Source: an uncultured Bacteroidales bacterium
GTDB taxonomy: Bacteria > Bacteroidota > Bacteroidia > Bacteroidales > UBA11471
NCBI GenBank assembly: GCA_944325415.1
Contig: CALUZW010000001.1
Location: 71,527 to 135,526, forward strand
Direction: 5' to 3'
Length of the DNA stretch: 64,000 nt
The position numbers and the translations under genes are program-made. This document shows positions 1-8,184 of this stretch, one piece after another; position 1 is the first letter of the stretch; each line of letters begins with the position of its first letter. The notes below the pieces were generated by a model. It saw nothing but the letters and a program-made list of their open reading frames with translations, had not been told where the DNA came from and made no database searches.

Positions 1-38
1 AGCAGGCCGACGAGTGTAAAGAGAAGATACGGTTTCAT
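1..38 (-). CDS. 5' stub of a hydrophobic (membrane) protein gene running off the window; likely third gene of the ArsR/thioredoxin-like operon
   Basis: ATG at 38-36 on the minus strand, 11 nt past the stop of the thioredoxin-like gene. The stub translates MKPYLLFTLVGLL. Too short to classify. Confidence 0.35.
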   Translation of the reverse strand, partial: MKPYLLFTLVGL

Positions 39-48
39 GATTCTGAGT

Positions 49-279
49 TTATCGGGTGAGTATTTCCTTTATCTCTTTGACCGAGATTTTTCCTTTGGCC
101 ACGACCTTACCGTCGACGACAAGGACCGGCAGTGTCATGACATTGTAAGACATGATGCGCACCAGGTCTTCTTCCTTTATAACGGTAGCTTCAAGCCCCA
201 GTTCCTTAACGACCTCTTCTACATGGGTGTACAGTGCCTTGCAGCCGGCACAACCCGTTCCTAAAATTTTAATTTCCAT
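49..279 (-). CDS. small thioredoxin-fold redox protein (glutaredoxin-like, CxxC)
   Basis: The ORF track gives 49..330. An internal ATG at 279 gives MEIKILGTGCAGCKALY..., 76 aa with a CAGC redox motif, typical of the small thioredoxin-family proteins found next to ArsR regulators. Confidence 0.75.
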   Translation of the reverse strand: MEIKILGTGCAGCKALYTHVEEVVKELGLEATVIKEEDLVRIMSYNVMTLPVLVVDGKVVAKGKISVKEIKEILTR

Positions 280-357
280 AGTTGTGTAAATATTGGTGAT
301 ATTGAATGTAATTCGCAAAACAACGAACAATGCTTTTAAAAAAAGGGGGTGCGGCGG

Positions 358-687
358 TCAGCCGCAGCACGCACCCGACTTGCAGAGGCACTGACCGAAA
401 AATTCGCCGAAAAGCGAGCGGGCTTTCTCCCAGTTTTCCCGGTTGATGCAATATTTTACTTTGGGGGTCTCCACTTCTCCCTGTATGAGCCCGGCCTCTT
501 TCAGCTCTTTCAGGTGCTGCGATACCGTAGCTTTGGCAATGGGCAGTTCTTCGTGTATGTCGCCGAAGTAGCAGCTCGTCTGTTGGGCCAGAAAGCACAT
601 GATGGCAACCCGGGTGGGGTGTCCCAGAGCTTTGGCAAAGCGGGCCAGCTGTTCCTGACGGCTTGCGAGTGTAGTATCCTTTTCCAT
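358..687 (-). CDS. ArsR/SmtB-family metalloregulatory transcription factor
   Basis: Winged-HTH signature [13 protein letters not shown]...[16 protein letters not shown]. Likely start is MEKDTT at ATG 687 (ORF track extends to 738). Cys-rich C-terminus [12 protein letters not shown]. Confidence 0.8.
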   Translation of the reverse strand: MEKDTTLASRQEQLARFAKALGHPTRVAIMCFLAQQTSCYFGDIHEELPIAKATVSQHLKELKEAGLIQGEVETPKVKYCINRENWEKARSLFGEFFGQCLCKSGACCG

Positions 688-876
688 TTTTGATTGTTTG
701 TTTTTTGCAAAATTGCGAACAATAAATGGGCATTCCAAATAATTTTCCTGTTTTTTTTAGAGATAGGTGGTAATATGGTGAGTCGAAGCACTTTATCAAT
801 ATCTCTATATTATGCGACGGGGTGCATCGAAAAAGAAGTTTCGATGCACCCCGATAATGTTGCGTCGGTGTCTGTG

Positions 877-1863
877 TCAGTATGCCACAGGAAATTCGAT
901 GGTTTCCGAGGCCTCTTCCCACTCTTCGATGGTGAAGTGTCCCGATGTCTCACCCACGATAATGTCGCCCATGACGATGTTGAGTGTAAGGCGTGTATTG
1001 GCCGACAGGGTGCTGCCAAGCTTCTGTGAGAGTGTGTGCAGGGTGCCGTCTTGCATCGTAATGCGCAGTTCAAAGAGCGGATTGGCTGCCGAGGGGAAGA
1101 GCATGACCGTGGCGTTGCCCATCGTTTTGCCATCGTCGGAGCGCACTAGGCCGAATTTGACCGTTTTGGTTTTGTTTTCGGCTTGTGCCGTGTAGTAGTT
1201 TATTTTTTCGGCAATGCCGCCTATGCGCACCTCCATCGACGCGATGTTGGGGCTGAACGTGCTGCTGTCGTTCATGGTTACCGATACTTTCACGCCGGCA
1301 ACGACACGTGTAAGGGCCACGCTCAAATCTTCGTATGTAATATCGGCTTCTTTTATGGCATGGACAATATCATATACGGGCGCATAGGTACTGTCGCTGT
1401 TGGCCCGTAGTTGCAGGTAGAGCGATGACATGTTGCTGCCGATGCTTACCCCCGGAGTGATGATGGCGGGGTGGCTGTATTCCGGTTCGTCATAAACGGG
1501 AGTACCCCAGTAGACCATGTTGTATTTACCTTCTGGAAGTGACAGTTGCCGGTAATACTGGTCGAGAATTTCTCCGTTTTCAAGGGGATAGAATCCGTTG
1601 AACGAACTTAGTTTCTTGTTGATATAGTTGCCAAAGTAGAAAGCCGTGTTTTCTATGCAGGGAAATATTTCGAGTATGCCCGTCATCTCTATCTGATTGC
1701 CTTCGGGGTCGTCGACATAGACGGCCACACGTGGCGTAACGAGTGCCGCCGTTTCTGGTGTAGTACCGGAATTGTTGTCGGGAACAACCTCTTTGTCGTC
1801 GTCTTTTGAGCAGGCGACAGAGAATAACAACAAGGGAAGTATTCCCCATATACACTTTTTCAT
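877..1863 (-). CDS. lipoprotein of unknown function (possibly FimB/Mfa2-like fold; tentative)
   Basis: Lipoprotein signal MKKCIWGILPLLLFSVAC followed by SKDDD. 328 aa, beta-rich. No catalytic motif recognised. Confidence 0.55.
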   Translation of the reverse strand: MKKCIWGILPLLLFSVACSKDDDKEVVPDNNSGTTPETAALVTPRVAVYVDDPEGNQIEMTGILEIFPCIENTAFYFGNYINKKLSSFNGFYPLENGEILDQYYRQLSLPEGKYNMVYWGTPVYDEPEYSHPAIITPGVSIGSNMSSLYLQLRANSDSTYAPVYDIVHAIKEADITYEDLSVALTRVVAGVKVSVTMNDSSTFSPNIASMEVRIGGIAEKINYYTAQAENKTKTVKFGLVRSDDGKTMGNATVMLFPSAANPLFELRITMQDGTLHTLSQKLGSTLSANTRLTLNIVMGDIIVGETSGHFTIEEWEEASETIEFPVAY

Positions 1864-1978
1864 AATCGCACGTTTTTTATTTTGTAATGATGTTTTCTAT
1901 GTTAACAAGAATAGTGGAATAAAGTTCTCTTCTGTGATGCTTTTATAGGCAGCGGTGAGGTCGAGGTGCGGGTGGCCG

Positions 1979-2014
1979 AAAAGAAAACGGCACCTTCTGT
2001 CGGGAAGGTGCCGT
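1979..2014 (-). terminator. rho-independent terminator after the CE8 gene
   Basis: 11-bp stem acggcaccttc (1987-1997) / gaaggtgccgt (2004-2014). On the minus strand it is followed by TTTTCTTTT (1979-1987). It lies 31 nt past the stop at 2045. Confidence 0.7.
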
Positions 2015-2044
2015 CGGAAAAAGGCAGCTGTGCGTGGTTTCGGT

Positions 2045-5000
2045 TTATTTGACGATGACTTTCTGCCCGTTGACCAGATAGAAGCCGGAGGGGAGCGGTG
2101 CGACGAAGTGGACACCGGGTGTGAATCGGCTCTCTTTCACCAGCAGGCCTGCGGCGTTGTGTATCGTTACGGCAAGGGGGGCCTGTACCAGCAGTTCGAT
2201 GTGTCCGTTACCACCTATGGCTACCATCGCGGGGCGTTGGCTGTCGGCTGCAAGGCTATTGTTGCCCGATGTGCCTTCCTGGGCAAAGCCTGCCGGGCCG
2301 AGGCTTCCGTATTCGTTTACGGCTTTTACGGCAAAGAGGTTGCTTTCAGCCGAAGCATCAACCACACTTTGGCACCGGGTGGTAATGTCGACCACCGAGT
2401 CGTTTTGCAACACGAGGTAGCAGATGGCATAGTCGCAGGCCTCCCACGACAAGATGTCTTTGTCCTTACGGACGTTTTCGGGGGCGGTAATAGGCTCGAA
2501 GAACTGGCGTGGATTCCAGTTGTCTGTGCCCGGAATGATGTTGTCGTAATTCATGCGGGCGGCCTCTTCGGCAGTGATGGTGGCGCGGCAGCTGCCGGTA
2601 ACGGTCTCGCCGTTTTCGGTGTAGCTGTATTGCGTGCGTCGGTTACTCAGGTCGATGGGGTTGCCGTCGGCATCCATGCTGTTGTATTCGGCAAAGAGGG
2701 CGGGAATGGTGCCCATGTTGTTCCAGCCGGTGGCACTGGGTATGCGTTTCATGGTCGTGTTGAGATAGACGGCGATGGGGCTGTTGTGCCACGGGCGGCC
2801 CAAGGCGTCCTTGTTGTCGACCACACCGTCGATGGTGCAGCTCTCGAATACATAGCCATATCGGGTGCCCTCTTTATGGGCCGGAGCCACGATGACGCTA
2901 CCCGTCGACCGCAGGTTATACAGTTCGCAGGTTTCAAAAAGACAGTCTCCCCCTCCGTAGATGTAGTCGACAGCCCCTTCGACGTAACAATCTTTGGCAT
3001 AGAGCCGGTCGCTTACCTGGTTGGTCGAGGTCTGCCAGGTATCTTGGAACGAGCGGAAGTTGCACCGGTAAAAGGCGTGGCGGTCGTTTCGGGTGTACAT
3101 GGCCAGGGCCATGGGGCCGTTCTGCTGTTCATATCCCCAGGTGTTGATGTAGGAGATATTCTCGCTGTAAAAGTCGCTGCTCGAAACCTTCACCACCGTA
3201 CCGTCGTCTTTGGCCGGATAGTAGGCGGCATTGTTGGCCGAGAAGTCCCAGCCGGCATCTCCCTCGGCGGCACAGTTTATTTTGTATTGAATGATGGTGC
3301 GGTCGCGGTCCTGACCGATGAGGTGGATAAAGGGTTTATTTTCGGGTATGCGCACCAGTCCGTCGTAGATGCCGTTCTTGACAAAAATCAAATAGGGCTT
3401 GCTTCTGTTTTCCGGTGCTGCATCGATGGCTGCCTGCACGGTCGTATAGTCTCCCGTACCGTCGGCGGCGACTACGGCGTCGAAAGTCTTGGCTGTGGGT
3501 CGCGGCCGTTCCATGGTGGTAAATTGCAGGGTGACGCCGGGAAAGCGGTTGCCGCTCAGGTCGGTGATGGCACCGTCGGGCACGATTACTTCATACGTCG
3601 TTCCGTAGGTGAGACCCGAGTAGGCATAGCTTGCCGTCTTGCTGCCGAATACCGGGGTGAGTACCTCGCCGTTGAGGGTTACCTCGCCGGTGCCGGCCTG
3701 CACCTTCTCGTCGAATGTGAGTACGATATTACCATTGGCCGAAGCGTTGTTGGAGCCTTGTGCCGGAGTCGACGACAGCAGTTGCGGAGCCGTAAAGTCG
3801 TCGACGTGTATCTCGTCGGCATATACAAAGACATCGGCCAGGTAGAAGCCTTCGGTATCGCCAGCCGATGACGGGCCGAGAAGTTCGGTCGTTGCATCGC
3901 CTATCCATCGGATATAGATACTCTTCTTGGCATCGTCGGATAGGGTGTCGGGCAGCATGGCGTCGAAAGCCGTCCATTCGCTGCTGATGCCTGTGAGCGT
4001 CAGGCTGGCCAGGTCGGTAAAGTGTATGCCGTCGGTCGAGAATTGCATCTTCTGTCCCCGATGTACGCAGTTGTTGTCGGCAGCAACGTAGCTGTGTATC
4101 TTGATGTTTTCATATCCTGCGGCAGAAAATTTGGCAATGAAGTAGCGGGGATTACCCATCTGGGCATAATCGGTGTAGCGGCGGGCGCAGGAGAGATTCT
4201 TCCCTCCGAAGTTCCGTTCGGAGCCACCCCAGTTGGTCGAGGAGCCGTCGCCGTTGTAGAAGTACATCACACCCGTGTTGTCGCTCTTGAAGCAGTAGTC
4301 GCCCTGGCGTTCGTTACGGGCCGGATTCTTGTCGGTGTCGAAGTCCCAACCTACAATAAAGGGAACAACGTCGTAGTGCAGGATAAGTTCTTGCTCCTGG
4401 TCCATGACGACTGTCTGTTTGTCTTCGCTTGTACCGTCGCCCCAGTACAAGAAGGTGGTTACCGGGTTGGGAACGACCGTTACGGTTACCTCTTCGCCGC
4501 TTTCATAGCGGTTGCCCTCTTTTTGGGGGGAAATCAGGTATTCACCCCAGGGGGCACCTTCGCCCTCTTTCTCGATATGGAGCGTGTAGAGTGTCTGTTG
4601 GGTAAATGTGGCCGTTATGCGGGTATCGTTTTCAATCGTGAAGGTATAAGGGTTTTCGGTCGACAGGGTATTTCCGTCTTCATCTTTCCATGCTTCGAAA
4701 CGGTATCCGTAGTTGTGGCTGGCCGACAGGGTTACGGCCGTGCCTTTTTCATAATTACCCGACAAGGGTGTTGTGGTACCGCCCTCCTGAGGTAGACTGC
4801 TGGTGGTCAGGGTTACCGCTTGCGCGAAGGTTTTCAGCCAGCGCGGGTCGCCTACCACGCCTCCTTCGGTCGATGCCGTGGCCAGGGGCGAGGTCGACAC
4901 AATCGAAAAGTCTCCGTTTTCGGGGTCGGGGAATATCTGGTCGATACCCAATGCTTCGAGCGTCAGATCTTCGATGGTCGAGCTGGCAGCGTTCGATACC

Positions 5001-5818
5001 GAGTAACCTCCGTAGTTGTCGATGAGGTTGTTCTGTGCAATGAGGTTGCCCCCCTTGGCTGCGACGATAAGGGGTTTCTGTCCGGCCACACCGGCTGTCG
5101 AGATGATGTTGTTGCGGAAGGTGTAGGTCGACTCATTGCTGTATTTGCCGTCGACCTTGCACAGGGCATACGATGAACTTTTGGACCATTTGTACACGGT
5201 GTTGTTTTCGAAGACAAATGTCAGTGCGATGTCGGCAGTCGTATTCTTGGGACCGAAAAAGCTCTCGCCCGAGGTGTAGTTTTTGAGGGTACAATTTTTT
5301 ACCGATACCGATTTTACGCCATGCTGGGGGTAGAGAAAACAGTAGCCGTTGGCTCCGCAATCGCTGACGATGCAGTTGGTAAATTCGATGGCGTCGATGA
5401 CTTTCCCGGCATTGTTGGTGCGAAGGAAGCAGCGCCCGATATCGGATATGGAACAGTTGCGCACGGCAATCGTCTTTACGTTGCCGTATGCCATGTCGAT
5501 AAAATAGTTTTCGCCGGTAACAATATCCAGCCCGTCGAGAATGATGCCGCCGTCGCTGTCGCTTTCATTGCCGGTAAAGGTGCCGGCAAAGACGACGTCG
5601 GCTCCGGGAGCCGCTTTCAGCGTGAGGGTCTTGCCGTTGGGAAAAGTGAGCCGACCGCTGTATGTGCCGCTTTCGAGTAGCAGAATGTCCTGGTCGGCTG
5701 CCTGGTCAAATGCGGCCGACAATGTGTTTACATCGACGCTTGTCTCTTTGGCCTGGCCCACATGGCAGGTCAAGAGTGCGAGTGCCGCGAAGAAAAGGTG
5801 TCGTGGTTTCATGTGCAT
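2045..5818 (-). CDS. multidomain pectin methylesterase (CE8) with N-terminal beta-helix-like region, InlB-B-type repeats, Ig-like segment and T9SS-type C-terminal tail
   Basis: 1257 aa with signal peptide (M)HMKPRHLFFAALALLTCHVGQA. GY.F..W repeats (HNYGYRFEAWKDEDGNTL). Ig-like APQLLSSTPAQGSNNASANGNIVLTFDEKV. CE8 motifs GTGDYTTVQAAIDAAP, QALAMY, SFQDTW, VDYIYGGG, LGRPWH. Tail ...PSGFYLVNGQKVIVK. Start may be ATG 5818 or 5812. Confidence 0.9.
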   Translation of the reverse strand: MHMKPRHLFFAALALLTCHVGQAKETSVDVNTLSAAFDQAADQDILLLESGTYSGRLTFPNGKTLTLKAAPGADVVFAGTFTGNESDSDGGIILDGLDIVTGENYFIDMAYGNVKTIAVRNCSISDIGRCFLRTNNAGKVIDAIEFTNCIVSDCGANGYCFLYPQHGVKSVSVKNCTLKNYTSGESFFGPKNTTADIALTFVFENNTVYKWSKSSSYALCKVDGKYSNESTYTFRNNIISTAGVAGQKPLIVAAKGGNLIAQNNLIDNYGGYSVSNAASSTIEDLTLEALGIDQIFPDPENGDFSIVSTSPLATASTEGGVVGDPRWLKTFAQAVTLTTSSLPQEGGTTTPLSGNYEKGTAVTLSASHNYGYRFEAWKDEDGNTLSTENPYTFTIENDTRITATFTQQTLYTLHIEKEGEGAPWGEYLISPQKEGNRYESGEEVTVTVVPNPVTTFLYWGDGTSEDKQTVVMDQEQELILHYDVVPFIVGWDFDTDKNPARNERQGDYCFKSDNTGVMYFYNGDGSSTNWGGSERNFGGKNLSCARRYTDYAQMGNPRYFIAKFSAAGYENIKIHSYVAADNNCVHRGQKMQFSTDGIHFTDLASLTLTGISSEWTAFDAMLPDTLSDDAKKSIYIRWIGDATTELLGPSSAGDTEGFYLADVFVYADEIHVDDFTAPQLLSSTPAQGSNNASANGNIVLTFDEKVQAGTGEVTLNGEVLTPVFGSKTASYAYSGLTYGTTYEVIVPDGAITDLSGNRFPGVTLQFTTMERPRPTAKTFDAVVAADGTGDYTTVQAAIDAAPENRSKPYLIFVKNGIYDGLVRIPENKPFIHLIGQDRDRTIIQYKINCAAEGDAGWDFSANNAAYYPAKDDGTVVKVSSSDFYSENISYINTWGYEQQNGPMALAMYTRNDRHAFYRCNFRSFQDTWQTSTNQVSDRLYAKDCYVEGAVDYIYGGGDCLFETCELYNLRSTGSVIVAPAHKEGTRYGYVFESCTIDGVVDNKDALGRPWHNSPIAVYLNTTMKRIPSATGWNNMGTIPALFAEYNSMDADGNPIDLSNRRTQYSYTENGETVTGSCRATITAEEAARMNYDNIIPGTDNWNPRQFFEPITAPENVRKDKDILSWEACDYAICYLVLQNDSVVDITTRCQSVVDASAESNLFAVKAVNEYGSLGPAGFAQEGTSGNNSLAADSQRPAMVAIGGNGHIELLVQAPLAVTIHNAAGLLVKESRFTPGVHFVAPLPSGFYLVNGQKVIVK

Positions 5819-5836
5819 GATGATATGGTATTAAGG

Positions 5837-7996
5837 TTATTGTACAATCAGTTTCTTGCCGTCGATGATGTTGAAGCCTTTCTGCGGGGAGGTGAGAGGC
5901 TGTCCCAGCAGATTGTAGATGCCCGTCGGGTGGCTCGTCGACGTATTCTCTACGGGAGTGAGGCCGGCCGTGTAGCCGAGGTGGCCTCCTATTGTGACAT
6001 CGGCCAGGCCCAGCTCCTTGGTGGGGCTCAGGCGGTACACATATACGACCAGACGGCAAGTCCCTGTTGAGGTGGGCAAGATGAGTTCGTTGAGATCGAT
6101 TTTCGTGGTGGCCAGCGATTCGTCTTCCTTGTCCGACGCTGCATGGATACCGGTGGCCAGCACACTCTCTTCGCCGTTGCTGTCGACCCAGGCCAGTTCG
6201 AGATAGCCGCCACTGGTGCCGTACCGCACGGCCGAGATAGATATTTCGGTGGGACGGAATGTTACCCCCTCGGCCAGGTCAAAATCGAAATAGATGGCTC
6301 CGGTCGAAGTGGGATTTTTGTATTCGACGGTGGGGCGGAAGGTGGTAAATGTCTTTCCGAAGGTCGTGCGGGTACTGTATCGGTTTATCTCCGATGCCGT
6401 GGCGTATTCGCTTTGGGCAACGATGCCGTTTTTCGATACCGTAGCCTCTTCTCCTTCTTTCCCGCTACTCATGCTCCACGACACGGTAACGTCGGTCGAG
6501 AGGCCGCCCGGTACATACGGTTCGCCCGGTTTGCCTACCTCTTCGGCACCTTGGTATTGCGCCTCGGTGATGTCGGCCACCAGGCTGTTGAGGTAGACTT
6601 CGAGCATGGTGTAGCCTTCGTCGTTGCGGTTGTTGCGGTCTTCGGCATTTTCGGGGTCCAGACCGTTACTGATTTCCCAGTTATCGGGCATACCGTCGTT
6701 GTCGCTGTCGGCCAGCGGCGTTGTGCTTTTCAGTTCGGGCCAGGGCGACCAGTCACTGCCGGCATCGGCCGGCATGAGATCTTCGAGTTTGTCGATGATG
6801 CCGCCCTTGTTGGCCGATGCACCCTTATAGGTGGTTGTCCCGGTGCGGCACTCGGTGGCGAGACGGCTGTCGATGGCATCACGACGGTGGGAGCAGCCGG
6901 CATAGTTGATGACAGGCAGGAAACACCCTTCGGCCGTGTGCTGGTGCAGCAGAGGTGTCTCACCCTGTTCCGTCTCTGATTTCAGGTCGGTTTTTGAGGG
7001 TTTCCCGCCGATGAGCGAGGAGGTGTTGATGACGACACCGTCCCAGTTGTTGTCGTTAATGCCGGTATAGGTCGAGTTGTAATTTCCCTCGATGAAGAAT
7101 TTTCCCCAGATGGCAGTGGTCCCGTCGGCGCTGGTGGCGTCGTCGATGCTGATGAATCGGTTTTTTGAACTGGTCGTTGAGGCCGGTCCCGGTTTGTAAT
7201 AGTTGTTTATCATATTGATGGTCATGCCTTCACCGCCGTAGCAGCCGTTGCCGCTCCAATTGTAGATGACGTTGTTGCGCATGTCGGTCATGTGGTCGGA
7301 GGGGGTGCCGAGGTTACCCGTGCCTAAGCGCGGGGTGCGGCTGTCGTGGTGTATGAGCAGATTGTGCAGGTAGGAGGCTCCTATGCCGCCCCAGATGGCA
7401 CCGTAGCCGTGCGCCCCTTTGGAGTGCAGGCTCATGCGCAGACTCTCGGAGATGATGCACCACTGCATCGTGAAGTTGTAGTTGGCATAGAACGAGGCAC
7501 ACTCGTCGGTACACCAGGAGATGGAGCAGTGGTCGATGATGACGTTGTTGCAGAAACGTCCGCCGAAGGCATCGGCTCCGTCGGCCTCCTCGGGCGAGAG
7601 GGACCAGTCGCCCATGCGGAAACGCATATATCTGACGATGACATTGCTGCCCGATACCGATACCGGATAGCCGGCCACACAGATTCCGTCGCCCGGCGCG
7701 CTTTGTCCGGCGATGGTCAGGTTGCTGCCCGAGATGTTCAGGCTGCTGTTGAGTTGTATCGTACCCGATACCTTGAAAAGAATGGTAACTTTGGAGAGGT
7801 GGGTTACCCCGTATCGCAAGGTGCCCGGTGTGTCGGTATCTTCGAGCGAGGTTACATAGTAGACCGAGCCTCCGCGTCCACCCGAGGCATAGCGTCCGTA
7901 GCCGTCGGCTCCCGGAAAGGCGGGAACTTGTGCTTGGAGTGCGGCTGTCCATAGGAGAGACAGGCACAAGAAGAAGTACAGTTTTTTCATGTTCAT
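5837..7996 (-). CDS. pectate lyase, family PL1, with C-terminal unassigned module and short T9SS-type tail
   Basis: Signal peptide MNMKKLYFFLCLSLLWTAALQAQ starts at ATG 7996 (ORF track extends to 8089). PL1 hallmarks FPGADGYGRYASGGRGG, NVIIDHCSISW, HHDSRTPRLG. Ca-binding-like DSDNDGMPDNWE. Tail GIYNLLGQPLTSPQKGFNIIDGKKLIVQ. Confidence 0.88.
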   Translation of the reverse strand: MNMKKLYFFLCLSLLWTAALQAQVPAFPGADGYGRYASGGRGGSVYYVTSLEDTDTPGTLRYGVTHLSKVTILFKVSGTIQLNSSLNISGSNLTIAGQSAPGDGICVAGYPVSVSGSNVIVRYMRFRMGDWSLSPEEADGADAFGGRFCNNVIIDHCSISWCTDECASFYANYNFTMQWCIISESLRMSLHSKGAHGYGAIWGGIGASYLHNLLIHHDSRTPRLGTGNLGTPSDHMTDMRNNVIYNWSGNGCYGGEGMTINMINNYYKPGPASTTSSKNRFISIDDATSADGTTAIWGKFFIEGNYNSTYTGINDNNWDGVVINTSSLIGGKPSKTDLKSETEQGETPLLHQHTAEGCFLPVINYAGCSHRRDAIDSRLATECRTGTTTYKGASANKGGIIDKLEDLMPADAGSDWSPWPELKSTTPLADSDNDGMPDNWEISNGLDPENAEDRNNRNDEGYTMLEVYLNSLVADITEAQYQGAEEVGKPGEPYVPGGLSTDVTVSWSMSSGKEGEEATVSKNGIVAQSEYATASEINRYSTRTTFGKTFTTFRPTVEYKNPTSTGAIYFDFDLAEGVTFRPTEISISAVRYGTSGGYLELAWVDSNGEESVLATGIHAASDKEDESLATTKIDLNELILPTSTGTCRLVVYVYRLSPTKELGLADVTIGGHLGYTAGLTPVENTSTSHPTGIYNLLGQPLTSPQKGFNIIDGKKLIVQ

Positions 7997-8184
7997 GGCA
8001 TTTGTGTTTGTAAGATAGATTCCTGTCGGGGTGTTGTCGCAGGCCGTGCAGCGGCTGTGAAACAAGACGACAGGGCTAATGTCCGACAAAAACAGATGCC
8101 GTTCTTGCAGAAATTGGTTTATTGCTTGTACAAATTATTCAAAGGGGGGCGTTGCTTCCCGAGAGGGTGTAATCTGACCACCGT

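Noticed and set aside
1955-3871. 638-aa plus-strand ORF inside the CE8 gene. Similar long antisense ORFs lie at 9274-10455, 30114-32345, 44369-45124 and 51684-52874.
   Set aside because: All lie opposite genes with strong family signatures. All have the low-complexity G/V/A/R-rich composition of antisense frames. None has a start context or recognisable domain.
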